Shown: positions 26,612-36,040 of the stretch, piece after piece
Position numbering within the stretch: the stretch's first letter is position 1
Layout: each line of letters opens with the position of its first letter
Source of the DNA: Clostridiales bacterium
GTDB lineage: Bacteria; Bacillota; Clostridia; Christensenellales; UBA1242
Reading direction: 5' to 3'
NCBI GenBank assembly: GCA_015055745.1
Contig: SVHS01000001.1
Coordinates: 139,085-203,084, forward strand
DNA length: 64,000 nucleotides
The notes under the pieces: model-generated
The model's database searches: none
Told to the model about the DNA's origin: nothing
What the model saw: only the letters and a program-made list of their open reading frames with translations
Translations under genes and position numbers: made by a program

Positions 26612-27331
26612 ATGAAAAAATCAAATGCTGAGAGATTTATTACGGCGTATAACAATATTGATTATAGTCTTAGGACTATATATGATTTCAAGCGTAGTAT
26701 GTCATTTAGTGATGTGGTGAGACGTAGCGTGGTGTTAAATTCTGTAGTGAGAAAATATGAAGAAGATTTGATAGACTATGGTAGGCTAAGAAATGCTATC
26801 ATTCATCAAGGTAATCATAAATACATCATCGCGGAGCCTCATGATGATATAGTGGAGAAGATAGAGCGCTTAGCAGAGCTGATATCTGAGCCACCACTTG
26901 CTGTAGATATGGTAGGTAATAAAGAAGTCATCACCATAGATGCACATATGAGCATATCTTCTGCTATAGAGCTTATTTATAGGACAGGATATTCAAATCT
27001 GCCTACTTATGATGGAGATAGACTTGTAGGTATATTAAATGGCAGAAAGCTCATCACAGTATTGGGTCAAAAGATAAGTATCGGTGCCAATATCCAAGAA
27101 TATATCACAAATACGACAGTGGGAGAAATTATTGGAGAGATGGGTGAAGACTATTATTTTATACTAGCTGATGAGTCTTTGAGCATTGATTCTGCTATGA
27201 ATTTCTTTGAAAATAATAGAAAGCTATTGATAATACTCATCACAAAAGATGGAAAAGATACGGGAAAACCCTTGAAAATTATATCATCTGCTGATATAAT
27301 AGACATGAAGAAAATTTTGGACGTGTATTAA
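26612..27331 (+). CDS. HEPN-like N-terminal domain fused to a CBS pair
   Basis: 239-aa ORF with SD GGAG. The N-terminal helical domain ends in GRLRNAIIHQG (R-x4-H). Two CBS repeats follow (VDMVGNKEVITID...GILNGRKLI; VGEIIGE...KIISSADIIDM). Confidence 0.6.
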   Translation: MKKSNAERFITAYNNIDYSLRTIYDFKRSMSFSDVVRRSVVLNSVVRKYEEDLIDYGRLRNAIIHQGNHKYIIAEPHDDIVEKIERLAELISEPPLAVDMVGNKEVITIDAHMSISSAIELIYRTGYSNLPTYDGDRLVGILNGRKLITVLGQKISIGANIQEYITNTTVGEIIGEMGEDYYFILADESLSIDSAMNFFENNRKLLIILITKDGKDTGKPLKIISSADIIDMKKILDVY

Positions 27332-28176
27332 TGAAAATAGCTAAATTATGGAAAGATTATACAGTATTATCTACCGCAAATGGCGAAAAACTTGAGCGTA
27401 TCGGTGGATATACTTTTTTACGACCTGATCCTCAGGTAATATGGCATACAGATAAAAATCTATCTACAAATGTAGATGCTTACTACAAGAGAAAGGAAAA
27501 CAAGTCTGGAGAGTGGAAGCTAAATCCTAAGATGCCAAAATCTTTCGTCGTAGAAAGAAAAGGTGTCAAGTTTCATATCGAGCCTATGAGTTTCAAACAT
27601 ATTTGCTTATTTCCAGAGCAGGCAGTCAATTGGGATATCATGACAGACCTTATCAAAAAAGAGAAACGAGAGATCAAGGTGCTAAATTTATTTGCATATA
27701 CTGGCGGAGCGAGTGTGATGTGTGCTTTGGCTGGAGCAAAAGTCACTCATGTAGATGCGGCTAAGAGTATGATCGATATAGCGAAAATCAATGCAAAACT
27801 AAATGGTATAGATTATATCAGATATATCTTGGAAGATTGCCAAAAGTTTGTAGAGCGAGAGATCAGAAGAGGAAACAAATACGATGCCATTATTATGGAT
27901 CCACCGTCTTTTGGCAGAGGTCCAAAAGGTGAGACATGGAAGATAGAGGAAAATATCTTTGATTTTGTACGTTTGTGTGGCAAAGTATTGAGTGATGATC
28001 CACTTTTTGTGTTGATCAATAGTTATACTACAGGCTTGCAAGCGAGTGTCATGGAAAATATACTAAACGCTACTATCCGAGGTGGCAAGAATGAGAGCTA
28101 TGAAGTCGGATTGCCTACTGAGGAAGAAGGTATAGTCTTACCTTGTGGTTGTAGTGCGATAAAAATATTTAAATAA
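27331..28176 (+). CDS. class I SAM-dependent RNA methyltransferase (PF10672/COG1092, RlmI-like catalytic domain without PUA)
   Basis: VLNLFAYTGGASV (SAM motif I), VTHVDAAK, AIIMDPPSFGRGPKGE (motif IV). The ATG overlaps the upstream TAA. Confidence 0.7.
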   Translation: MKIAKLWKDYTVLSTANGEKLERIGGYTFLRPDPQVIWHTDKNLSTNVDAYYKRKENKSGEWKLNPKMPKSFVVERKGVKFHIEPMSFKHICLFPEQAVNWDIMTDLIKKEKREIKVLNLFAYTGGASVMCALAGAKVTHVDAAKSMIDIAKINAKLNGIDYIRYILEDCQKFVEREIRRGNKYDAIIMDPPSFGRGPKGETWKIEENIFDFVRLCGKVLSDDPLFVLINSYTTGLQASVMENILNATIRGGKNESYEVGLPTEEEGIVLPCGCSAIKIFK

Positions 28177-28184
28177 GGAAAATT

Positions 28185-28886
28185 ATGAATATAGAACCAA
28201 ATATTATATACGAAGACAATCATATCATAGTGGTTATCAAGCCGCACAATATTTCTGTGCAAGAAGATGAGAGCAAAGATATCGATATGCTTACTATTAT
28301 CAAAGATTTTATCAAAGAACGTGACAAAAAAACAGGTAATGTTTTTCTAGGCCTTGTACATAGATTGGATAGACCGACTGGCGGTGTTATGGTATTTGCC
28401 AAGACTAGCAAAGCAGCTAGTAGATTGTCAAAACAATTGAAGGACAAACAGCTCAAAAAGAAGTATTTGTGTGTAATCAATGGTAGACCACAGCTAATAC
28501 AAAATCGTCTTACCACCTATCTCAAAAAAGACGAAAAGACGAACACTGTGCACATTGCGCCAAAATTGGAATTAGGTGCTAAAGAAGCAATCCTTGAGTA
28601 TGAAGTCATCGAGACCAAAAATAAATACACATTAGTAGAGGTAGACCTTATCACAGGTAGGAGTCATCAGATTAGAGTGCAGATGTCATCTCAGCTAAAT
28701 AATCCTATCTATGCAGATTTCAAGTATGGCGACAAGGACCATTCTGGTAATCTTGCATTATGGGCATATGAGCTTACCTTTACCCATCCTACTACAAAAG
28801 AAAATATGAAGTTTAGAGTCGCACCAGCGTATGACAATTCTATCTTCAAAATTTTTGAGCCGACTATAGAGAAGATGATAAACTAA
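28185..28886 (+). CDS. RluA-family pseudouridine synthase (no S4 domain)
   Basis: GLVHRLDRPTGGVMVFAKT catalytic-Asp motif, YLCVINGRP, GRSHQIRVQM. Confidence 0.8.
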   Translation: MNIEPNIIYEDNHIIVVIKPHNISVQEDESKDIDMLTIIKDFIKERDKKTGNVFLGLVHRLDRPTGGVMVFAKTSKAASRLSKQLKDKQLKKKYLCVINGRPQLIQNRLTTYLKKDEKTNTVHIAPKLELGAKEAILEYEVIETKNKYTLVEVDLITGRSHQIRVQMSSQLNNPIYADFKYGDKDHSGNLALWAYELTFTHPTTKENMKFRVAPAYDNSIFKIFEPTIEKMIN

Positions 28887-29138
28887 TCATTTTCTTTTTT
28901 ATATAAAAATCACAAAATAGTATGAAAAAATCATAAAAAATCCTATAATTTTTACTAAAATTATGAAATTTATAAATTTTTTATAAAAACATAATGATTT
29001 TCCTATCAAAATACGGGTATTTTACTATGGTTTTTGACTATAAAAAATATTTGAAAAAATCTTAAAAAATTTTTCAAAAAGGTATTGACTATATTCAAAA
29101 TAAGTGTTAAAAGTAATGTGAATTTAAAGGAGAGTATA

Positions 29139-30644
29139 ATGAACAAATTAGCAGTATTTGAGTTGGGTGTACATGATATCAAATTGACTATCTACAAGTA
29201 CACTGCTAGCGGATATTTTTGTGCAGAGCAACAGATTGTCGAGCCAGTAAAACTCACTCAAGACATGGAGAGAGATGGATATATCAAGCCAGCTCGTATC
29301 CAAGAGACTATCGCTGTTTTGAAGAATTTTAGGAAGATAGTAGATGGGGCAAAGATAGAAAATCATATTTGCTATGCTAGTCCAGTAATCGCACAAGCTA
29401 GGAATCAGATAGCATTTTTAGATGAAGTATATAAGACAGTATCTTTATACTTTAGAGTACTTACACAGGAAGAGCAAGTATCAGCATTGCACAATGCTAT
29501 CATGTATTCTTTCTCTATGACTAGGGGATTGATAGTACAGATTGGTGACTATTCTACTGAGATTATCAAGTTTAACCGTAGAGTGATCACAAATAGCATT
29601 TCGCTTCCTTTTGGTACTGTCAATCTATTGGATAGAGTCAATGATAAATCTATGTCTGACAGGATGGATAAGGTGGTAGAGATTATGACTGCTGAGTTTA
29701 AGAAGCTCGATTGGTTATATTCATTTGAGGAAGACAGTGAGTTTATCGGTGTGGGAGAAGTATTTGAGGCATTGGGTAGATTGTCTAGAAAATCATCTCG
29801 TTATCCATTGGACGTCGCACATAATTATGAGATTACTACTGAGAGCTTCCAAAATGTATACAATTTGATTCGCGGTCTTGATTTAGATAAAGCCAAGAAA
29901 TTGAAAGGCATCTCTGACAAGCGTGCTGATGTGATAGCTATCGGTATGGCTGTGGCTAAAGTGTTGTACAATGAATGTGTACGTACTAGTGTAAAGGTGT
30001 CTACAAATGGTGAAATGTATGGCATAGTGGCTAAAAATCTATTAGGTCAGACAGGAGAAAAACCTTTGCTAGATATATTGGGATATTCTTTGAGTGCCAT
30101 CAACGAATTTTATCCTACCAATGTAAATGCTGATAATAATTATGCTCTAGCTGTCATTTTGTACAAGCAATTGAAAGTATTGCACAAGCTTACACGTCCT
30201 TATGTGAGGGTATTGAGGATAGCTGCTAGTATGTGTATGTCTGGTAAGATTATTTCATTTGAAAACTATCAGAAAAACAATTTCCCAGTCATACTTTATA
30301 GCAATATTTACGGTGCTTCACATAGAGATATCGTGTTAGCTGCGTTTGTAGCTAGTAGTCAAAATGTAGATGATTTTAGTCTTTCTGAGTGGGTGAGATA
30401 CAAAGACTTAGTGACAGATGAAGATATGGACGCTGTCAAGAAATTGGCTATCCTTATTAAAATGGCTACTTTGATGAATATCACAAATTCAAATTCCATC
30501 AAAGATGTAGCTTGTGATGTATTGGGAGACACGGTTATCCTCAAGACAGAGGTGGAGAGAGATGCTACATTGGAGATTAGTCAAGCTATGTCTATAGCTG
30601 GAGATTTCAAGAAAGTATACGGTAAAAATTTACAGATTTTATAA
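29139..30644 (+). CDS. Ppx/GppA-like protein with degenerate catalytic motifs
   Basis: ORF track 29085..30644. ATG 29139 follows AAGGAGAG. Collinear with Ppx/GppA, but DLGSNS becomes ELGVHD, DIGGGSTE becomes QIGDYSTE, and the C-terminal LHDIG becomes MCMSG. Confidence 0.6.
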   Translation: MNKLAVFELGVHDIKLTIYKYTASGYFCAEQQIVEPVKLTQDMERDGYIKPARIQETIAVLKNFRKIVDGAKIENHICYASPVIAQARNQIAFLDEVYKTVSLYFRVLTQEEQVSALHNAIMYSFSMTRGLIVQIGDYSTEIIKFNRRVITNSISLPFGTVNLLDRVNDKSMSDRMDKVVEIMTAEFKKLDWLYSFEEDSEFIGVGEVFEALGRLSRKSSRYPLDVAHNYEITTESFQNVYNLIRGLDLDKAKKLKGISDKRADVIAIGMAVAKVLYNECVRTSVKVSTNGEMYGIVAKNLLGQTGEKPLLDILGYSLSAINEFYPTNVNADNNYALAVILYKQLKVLHKLTRPYVRVLRIAASMCMSGKIISFENYQKNNFPVILYSNIYGASHRDIVLAAFVASSQNVDDFSLSEWVRYKDLVTDEDMDAVKKLAILIKMATLMNITNSNSIKDVACDVLGDTVILKTEVERDATLEISQAMSIAGDFKKVYGKNLQIL

Positions 30645-30683
30645 TCATGGTGAATAATACAAAATATAATTTTAGGGGGAAAT

Positions 30684-31676
30684 ATGTTTAGTATAAATCT
30701 TGCCATCAAGTTTGGTAGCAACGAGATCATCATTTATCGCAAAGGCTTTGGTATAATTGCCAAAGAGCCTGCGTATCTCGCTGTGACCGAAAATGGAAAA
30801 AATATCAAAGTAAAAGCTACAGGCAAGCAAGCGGAGAAATTATTTCACTCCAAGTCAAGTAATGTCACAGTGTATCAGCCCATAGAAAATAGTGAGATAG
30901 TAAATGAAAAAATGGCTACTATTTTGATGAGTGAGATTATCAAAAATGTGATACAAGACAAATTTTTACTTACTCACTTGGATATGATGGTTGCAGTGCC
31001 TTGTGCGCTAAACGAAAAACAGCTCAAGCTTCTCAAAAAAGTATTGCATCAAAGTGGTGTAAATAGAATAACTTTCGTGCAAAATGGTGTGTGCGCTAGG
31101 GCGAATCTTGATATGGATTCTCATGCTCGTATTATGGTGGTAGATATTGGTAAATATATTACTGATATTTCTGTAATGAATGATTATAATTTTGATTTTG
31201 GTAGAATGTATTTCATCGGTGGAGCAGATATGGACAAGTCTATCACTTCATTTATACAAGATAATCATAATCTAGAAGTTTCAGATATGACTAGTGAGGC
31301 TGTCAAAAATGAGGTAGCATCACTTTATGATAGAGACCTTTACAAGACAGAATATATTGGTATAGACGAGAATAATAAATTTGTCCGTAAGGATATTACA
31401 GCCAATGAAGTACGTGTGGCGATACAAAATGTGTATGACAAAATATTTGAGCTAATCAATCTTGTATTAGATGAATTACCTAAAGACATCGTGGCTGACA
31501 TATATCATGGAGGAGTGATATTTACTGGAGGAGCTAGCTGTATAGCAGGACTGTACGAGTATGCCAAGAAAAAGCTAGATATGCCTATTATAGTGCCAGA
31601 TGAGCCTATGGATAGTGTGATACTCGGTGCAGGTAAATTGCTAAATAAAAAAGAATATTTGAAGATTGAATTTTAG
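30684..31676 (+). CDS. divergent MreB-like actin-fold protein
   Basis: 330 aa, collinear with MreB (EPAYLAV, IGGADMDKSI, GVIFTGGASCIAGL, ILGAGKLL). Phosphate-1 GIDLGTANT becomes AIKFGSNEI, and phosphate-2 DIGGGTT becomes DIGKYIT. Confidence 0.6.
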   Translation: MFSINLAIKFGSNEIIIYRKGFGIIAKEPAYLAVTENGKNIKVKATGKQAEKLFHSKSSNVTVYQPIENSEIVNEKMATILMSEIIKNVIQDKFLLTHLDMMVAVPCALNEKQLKLLKKVLHQSGVNRITFVQNGVCARANLDMDSHARIMVVDIGKYITDISVMNDYNFDFGRMYFIGGADMDKSITSFIQDNHNLEVSDMTSEAVKNEVASLYDRDLYKTEYIGIDENNKFVRKDITANEVRVAIQNVYDKIFELINLVLDELPKDIVADIYHGGVIFTGGASCIAGLYEYAKKKLDMPIIVPDEPMDSVILGAGKLLNKKEYLKIEF

Positions 31677-31769
31677 TATATTTGGTCTAATAATAGCGAA
31701 GATAAAAATTGTATACTTTACTCTTCGCTTTTTTTATATGCTTTTGCTAATATTGGCGTAGGAGGTAAT

Positions 31770-32561
31770 ATGGCGAGAGTGATAGTATTGACTTCTGGTA
31801 AAGGTGGTGTAGGTAAGACCACTGTGACTGCCAATCTTGGTATGCATTTGGCTAGTAAAAATTATAGAGTATGTCTTGTAGATATGGATATAGGGTTAAA
31901 CAATCTTGATGTCGTGATGAATCTAGAAGATAGAGTCTTATATACCATGATAGATGTTATTGATGGTAGGTGTAGATTAAAGGAAGCGTTAATACAAGAC
32001 GACTATTTTCCACTGTTGTATGTTTTGTCCAGTGGAGGACTAAATCAAGACCTCACTATACATATTTCACAGATAAAAAATATTATCAGTAGTTTGCACG
32101 ATTCTTTTGATTATGTATTGATTGATTGTCCTGCTGGGATAGATGCCGGATTTAGGCGAGCAGTGAGCTGTGCAGATGAGGCTATCGTGGTGACGACACC
32201 ACATTTATCTAGTATACGAGATGCTGATAAAGTAGTGACGATATTATCGAGCTACAATATATCCAGCAAACGCTTTGTCATCAATAGAGCACGAGGTGAT
32301 CTCATACAAGACAAGGTTATGTTTGATGTATATGATATAGGTAAGACTCTCGGCATAGATTTCGGCGGAGTAATCCCAGAAGACGATAAGGTTATCATTA
32401 ATACTAGTGACAATATCAAAAACAATAAAATCGCATCAAATAGAGCTTTTGAAATCTTGGCAAACAATATCATTACTGGTGAAAAAAAGTTATTTGACTG
32501 TACATACAAATATCGTGGGATACTTGGCTCGATAAAAAAGCTACTAAAAAGGAGCGTATAA
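31770..32561 (+). CDS. minD: septum site-determining ATPase MinD
   Basis: TSGKGGVGKTT deviant Walker A, LIDCPAGI, and a C-terminal amphipathic helix (GILGSIKKLLKR). Confidence 0.9.
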   Translation: MARVIVLTSGKGGVGKTTVTANLGMHLASKNYRVCLVDMDIGLNNLDVVMNLEDRVLYTMIDVIDGRCRLKEALIQDDYFPLLYVLSSGGLNQDLTIHISQIKNIISSLHDSFDYVLIDCPAGIDAGFRRAVSCADEAIVVTTPHLSSIRDADKVVTILSSYNISSKRFVINRARGDLIQDKVMFDVYDIGKTLGIDFGGVIPEDDKVIINTSDNIKNNKIASNRAFEILANNIITGEKKLFDCTYKYRGILGSIKKLLKRSV

Positions 32562-32788
32562 TGAATCTTAAAAATAGATTAAATTCCATTATTCAAAAAG
32601 ATAAAAAAAATAATCCGAAATACTTGATCAATATCATCAAGTCAGATTTTTATTACTTGATTAGTAATTATTTTGAGGTGGATTTTGAAGACATAGATGT
32701 CAGTATTGATCTAGATGGAGATAAATACGTCATCGAGCTAAGTTGTCTCGGCGAACGTATGAAGATGATGCGCACTTTACCTGAGTGA
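32561..32788 (+). CDS. minE: cell division topological specificity factor MinE
   Basis: 75-aa ORF whose ATG overlaps the minD stop. Position and size fit, and DFYYLISNYFEVDFEDIDVSIDLDGDKYVIEL resembles the MinE C-terminal domain. Confidence 0.6.
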   Translation: MNLKNRLNSIIQKDKKNNPKYLINIIKSDFYYLISNYFEVDFEDIDVSIDLDGDKYVIELSCLGERMKMMRTLPE

Positions 32789-32823
32789 TACATATTTAGA
32801 TAGATAAGAAAATATATTTAAGT

Positions 32824-33615
32824 ATGAAAAAAATAAAAATAGGTATTAGCTTTTTTCTAATGTGTTTTGCGTGTATTTTATGTGGGCAGTTTGTTTTGCT
32901 TATAAACTATATTTTAGCATTATCATTGCATGAATTGGCACATTTATTTGTGGCTACAAAGCGAGGTTATTCATTAAAAATTATACGCCTAGATATGTTT
33001 GGACTAGCAGTAGAGCTCAAAGAAAATATTGACGATAGAGATGCATTTGCTATCAATGTAGCAGGACCAGTACTTAATATATTGCTAAGCATCATCTGTA
33101 TGGCGCTTTATTGGTTGATACCTATTAGTTTTTTGTATCTAAATACATTTTGTATCGCAAATATCGGGTTAGCTATTTTCAATCTTCTTCCTATTTATCC
33201 GCTAGATGGTGGCAAGATTTTTCGAGGGCTTATACATAGCGACAAAGTTTATCGAGTTTTAGATGGGGTTATTCGATATACTTTTACTATCGTATTTGCA
33301 GTGCTTTTTGCTATATCTTGTAGAAAATCTATAAATCTATTATTCCTAATACTTGCCGTATTTTTCTTCACCAGTAGGCCAAGTAAAGTTCCTACTATGT
33401 CGATATTCAAGTTTAGTCAAAACAAATCTTTTGACAAAGTCATCATGCTTAAAGTGACAGGCGAGGAAGATCTATTTTCTCTAGTCAAGCAAATTAAACG
33501 CACTAAATATACCATATTTTACTATGCCAGCGAGGACAAATTTATAGACGAGGATTTACTCATAGATTATGCTACACGATTTCCACTATATCAAAAATTA
33601 AAAGAAGTAAAATAA
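32824..33615 (+). CDS. spoIVFB: M50 site-2 protease, SpoIVFB-like
   Basis: LHELAHLFV (HExxH in a TM helix), NLLPIYPLDGGKIF (LDG motif), and position between min genes and rplU as in Bacillus. Confidence 0.65.
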   Translation: MKKIKIGISFFLMCFACILCGQFVLLINYILALSLHELAHLFVATKRGYSLKIIRLDMFGLAVELKENIDDRDAFAINVAGPVLNILLSIICMALYWLIPISFLYLNTFCIANIGLAIFNLLPIYPLDGGKIFRGLIHSDKVYRVLDGVIRYTFTIVFAVLFAISCRKSINLLFLILAVFFFTSRPSKVPTMSIFKFSQNKSFDKVIMLKVTGEEDLFSLVKQIKRTKYTIFYYASEDKFIDEDLLIDYATRFPLYQKLKEVK

Positions 33616-33629
33616 TTTATGATAACCGG

Positions 33630-33658
33630 TTGACAAATAGTTCTTTTTTTGCTATAAT
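33630..33658 (+). promoter_or_regulatory. consensus sigma-A promoter of the rplU-prp-rpmA operon
   Basis: TTGACA (33630-35), 17 nt, TATAAT (33653-58). Confidence 0.7.
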
Positions 33659-33664
33659 ACCCGC

Positions 33665-33734
33665 GTAGTACCACATTGAAAAGGTTTTAAATCGTTATGA
33701 TACCTTTAGAGTGAGTCTTTATAGGAGGTAACTA
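33665..33734 (+). ncRNA. possible L21 ribosomal-protein leader
   Basis: About 70-nt 5' UTR with hairpin AAAGGT-N18-ACCTTT ahead of SD AGGAGG. Firmicute rplU operons are known to carry such a leader. Not verified against a covariance model. Confidence 0.35.
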
Positions 33735-34040
33735 ATGTACGCAATCGCAAATATTTCAGGTAAACAATACAAAGTAGAAGCGGGCTCTACACTATTAGTA
33801 GACAGATTGAATGCAGAAGTTGGGGATAGTGTTTCTTTCCCAGTGATGCTTACTGTAGACGGTGCTAAAGTGAAAGCTGGCAATCCTGTGATTAAAGATG
33901 TAGTTGCTATGGCTAAGGTAGTCGCTCACGTTCAAGACAAGAAGATTACAGTCTTCAAGTACAAGCCTAAAAAGAACGAGAGAAAGAAACAAGGTCATAG
34001 ACAGCCATACACCAAGATTACAATCGAAAGCATAGGTTAA
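33735..34040 (+). CDS. rplU: 50S ribosomal protein L21
   Basis: MYAIANISGKQYKVEAG, KITVFKYKPKKNERKKQGHRQPYTKI. Confidence 0.95.
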   Translation: MYAIANISGKQYKVEAGSTLLVDRLNAEVGDSVSFPVMLTVDGAKVKAGNPVIKDVVAMAKVVAHVQDKKITVFKYKPKKNERKKQGHRQPYTKITIESIG

Positions 34041-34041
34041 T

Positions 34042-34377
34042 ATGATAAACATTTCTATCGAGAAGATTAACCAAAACATTGTGACTATCGAAGCAAAAGG
34101 TCATTCGGGCTATGCAGATGCAGGCTCTGACATAATATGCAGTGCTGTATCTACATTATTGCAGTCATTGGCAAATGGTCTTACAGAAGTGGTGGAGATA
34201 TCATCTGAGATTATCATCGATGAAGATGAGCCACATCTATATATACATTTGCAAGACTCAGACGATGTGAAGATGTCTAAGGCACAGATCCTAATGCAGA
34301 CTACTTATATTAGTCTTAAGGATTTAGCAGATAGTTACGCAAAATACATTAAATTAAAGGAGAAGCAAAATGATTAA
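34042..34377 (+). CDS. prp: ribosomal-processing cysteine protease Prp (YsxB)
   Basis: [18 protein letters not shown] motif; located between rplU and rpmA. Confidence 0.85.
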   Translation: MINISIEKINQNIVTIEAKGHSGYADAGSDIICSAVSTLLQSLANGLTEVVEISSEIIIDEDEPHLYIHLQDSDDVKMSKAQILMQTTYISLKDLADSYAKYIKLKEKQND

Positions 34378-34651
34378 GATTAATATTCAATTATTTGCGC
34401 ACAAGAAAGGTGGCGGTAGCACCAAAAATGGTCGTGATAGTGAATCAAAGCGTCTTGGTGTGAAAGCTGGTGATGGTCAATTTGTACACGCTGGCTCTAT
34501 TATAGTTCGTCAAAGAGGCACAAAGATTTATCCATCTACAAATGTGGGTTGTGGTAAAGATTACACTTTGTTTGCACTTATCGATGGTATCGTTCGTTTC
34601 AAGCGTGACGGTCGCGGTCGTAAAGTGGCTACTGTAGAAGCAAAGATATAA
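34370..34651 (+). CDS. rpmA: 50S ribosomal protein L27 with N-terminal Prp-cleaved extension
   Basis: [10 protein letters not shown]|[22 protein letters not shown]. The extension ending in LFA before HKK is the known Prp cleavage context. Confidence 0.95.
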   Translation: MIKINIQLFAHKKGGGSTKNGRDSESKRLGVKAGDGQFVHAGSIIVRQRGTKIYPSTNVGCGKDYTLFALIDGIVRFKRDGRGRKVATVEAKI

Positions 34652-34654
34652 TTT

Positions 34655-34680
34655 AAAATGGTCAGATGACCATTTTTTTA
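34655..34680 (+). terminator. rho-independent terminator after rpmA
   Basis: AATGGTC-AGAT-GACCATT plus T-run. Confidence 0.75.
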
Positions 34681-34735
34681 TTCCCTATTGACAAAGGTAT
34701 GAAGATATGCTAATATGCGCATGCTAGGAGTAAAT

Positions 34736-35149
34736 ATGAAAGTAATTAATATGAAAGATGGTATTGAGAGAAAAGAGATTTTAGATAATGATTGTATACT
34801 ATTTGGCAATGATGGTACAAATAAATTTGAAATACTAAAAAAGGGTAGTTTTGTAAATGCTGTGTACGACTACGATATAGATGTTGAATTGAAAAAAGAT
34901 GTGGATATTGAGACCAAATTACAGATTAGGAACATTATAGGTGCACATTTTACACAGTTTGGTGAAAAAGGTATAGGTAGCTATAAAGTATATTTGTCAT
35001 TATTACATGATCCATATAGGAATTTTGAAATTGTAGATGCAAAGATAAATAAGATTACCAAGAGATTCAATCATAATGTTTTTTATTCTAAAATGATGGA
35101 ATTGCATGGTGAAGAATCTACATTTTTACCAGAAGATAATTGTGACTAA
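34736..35149 (+). CDS. hypothetical protein
   Basis: ORF track 34715..35149. ATG 34736 follows AGGAG and a TTGACA-17-TAATAT promoter (34688-34716). Confidence 0.5.
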   Translation: MKVINMKDGIERKEILDNDCILFGNDGTNKFEILKKGSFVNAVYDYDIDVELKKDVDIETKLQIRNIIGAHFTQFGEKGIGSYKVYLSLLHDPYRNFEIVDAKINKITKRFNHNVFYSKMMELHGEESTFLPEDNCD

Positions 35150-35179
35150 AAAAACATCAGATTTAACTGATGTTTTTTC
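35148..35179. terminator. bidirectional terminator between convergent genes
   Basis: AACATCAG-N6-CTGATGTT flanked by an A-run and a T-run. Confidence 0.7.
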
Positions 35180-35183
35180 ATGT

Positions 35184-35918
35184 TTATTTTAAAAATCGCT
35201 GATCAAATCGTGTCTTACACATAAATATTATCCACACTAAAATATCTAATATATATAGTACTGTAAATATCAATATTACCAAATAATTTACTGTCCAATA
35301 AGCAATGGTCGCCAATAATCCTGCAGTAAGTACTAGTGCTATAATAAGTGCGAGAATACCAAATTTTGATAAATTAGTCTTTACTTTCATGCTGTTATTT
35401 ATTTCTTTATCTTCAAGTGAAATATTTACACATAAGTTTTCGTTGATTTCAAATAGCCTATTTCCCAGATGTGTATCCAATAGCTCATCTACAAATGCTG
35501 CAGGCATAAATTGAAGCTTTGGGCTGGCCATGCTATCTTTTACTTTAAATAGAGATTTTACATAGATATTATATGCGCTATTGCACACTTTTTCATAAGT
35601 ATTGTATCTAGGCATGAGATTGACTACTCTAGATTTGTCACCTATCTTTGAGATAAATTTATTTAGCAAATTGTTGTCAAAGTTTAGACTAGCATAGCAT
35701 ATGACTGTATCTTCGCTGTCAGCCTTGGATAAAAGTACTTGAATGACGCGTGTAAGATTGTTGTAATAAATAGCATTAGCTCTGTGACCATAAGTTTCAA
35801 ATAATTTTAAAATATTTGCCTTTACGACAAAAAGAATATTATCTCCAAAACGATTACGGAGAAGATTGATTTTATTGTTAAGTTCAGTGATGCTATCCAC
35901 TACAAATATAACTTTCAT
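35184..35918 (-). CDS. hypothetical protein with cytoplasmic alpha/beta N-domain and two C-terminal TM helices
   Basis: ORF track 35184..35966. ATG 35918 (MKVIFVVDS) lies 7 nt after a TATAAT (35931-35926). Confidence 0.45.
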   Translation of the reverse strand: MKVIFVVDSITELNNKINLLRNRFGDNILFVVKANILKLFETYGHRANAIYYNNLTRVIQVLLSKADSEDTVICYASLNFDNNLLNKFISKIGDKSRVVNLMPRYNTYEKVCNSAYNIYVKSLFKVKDSMASPKLQFMPAAFVDELLDTHLGNRLFEINENLCVNISLEDKEINNSMKVKTNLSKFGILALIIALVLTAGLLATIAYWTVNYLVILIFTVLYILDILVWIIFMCKTRFDQRFLK

Positions 35919-36040
35919 ATAGAGTATTATACACGTTTTTGTCGTAAAATAAAAACATTTTGACATAAAAATCTTAAATCTCGATAAATTCTTTGTTGAT
36001 TTTAATTATTTGTGATAAAATAAAAATATAGAGGTGCAAG

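Noticed and set aside
35228-35236. Perfect DnaA box TTATCCACA; also checked the extremely AT-rich gap 24089-24264 as a possible replication origin/DUE
   Set aside because: It is a single isolated box inside a coding region. There is no cluster of boxes and no dnaA/dnaN nearby, and the AT-rich gap contains no DnaA-box matches that I could see.
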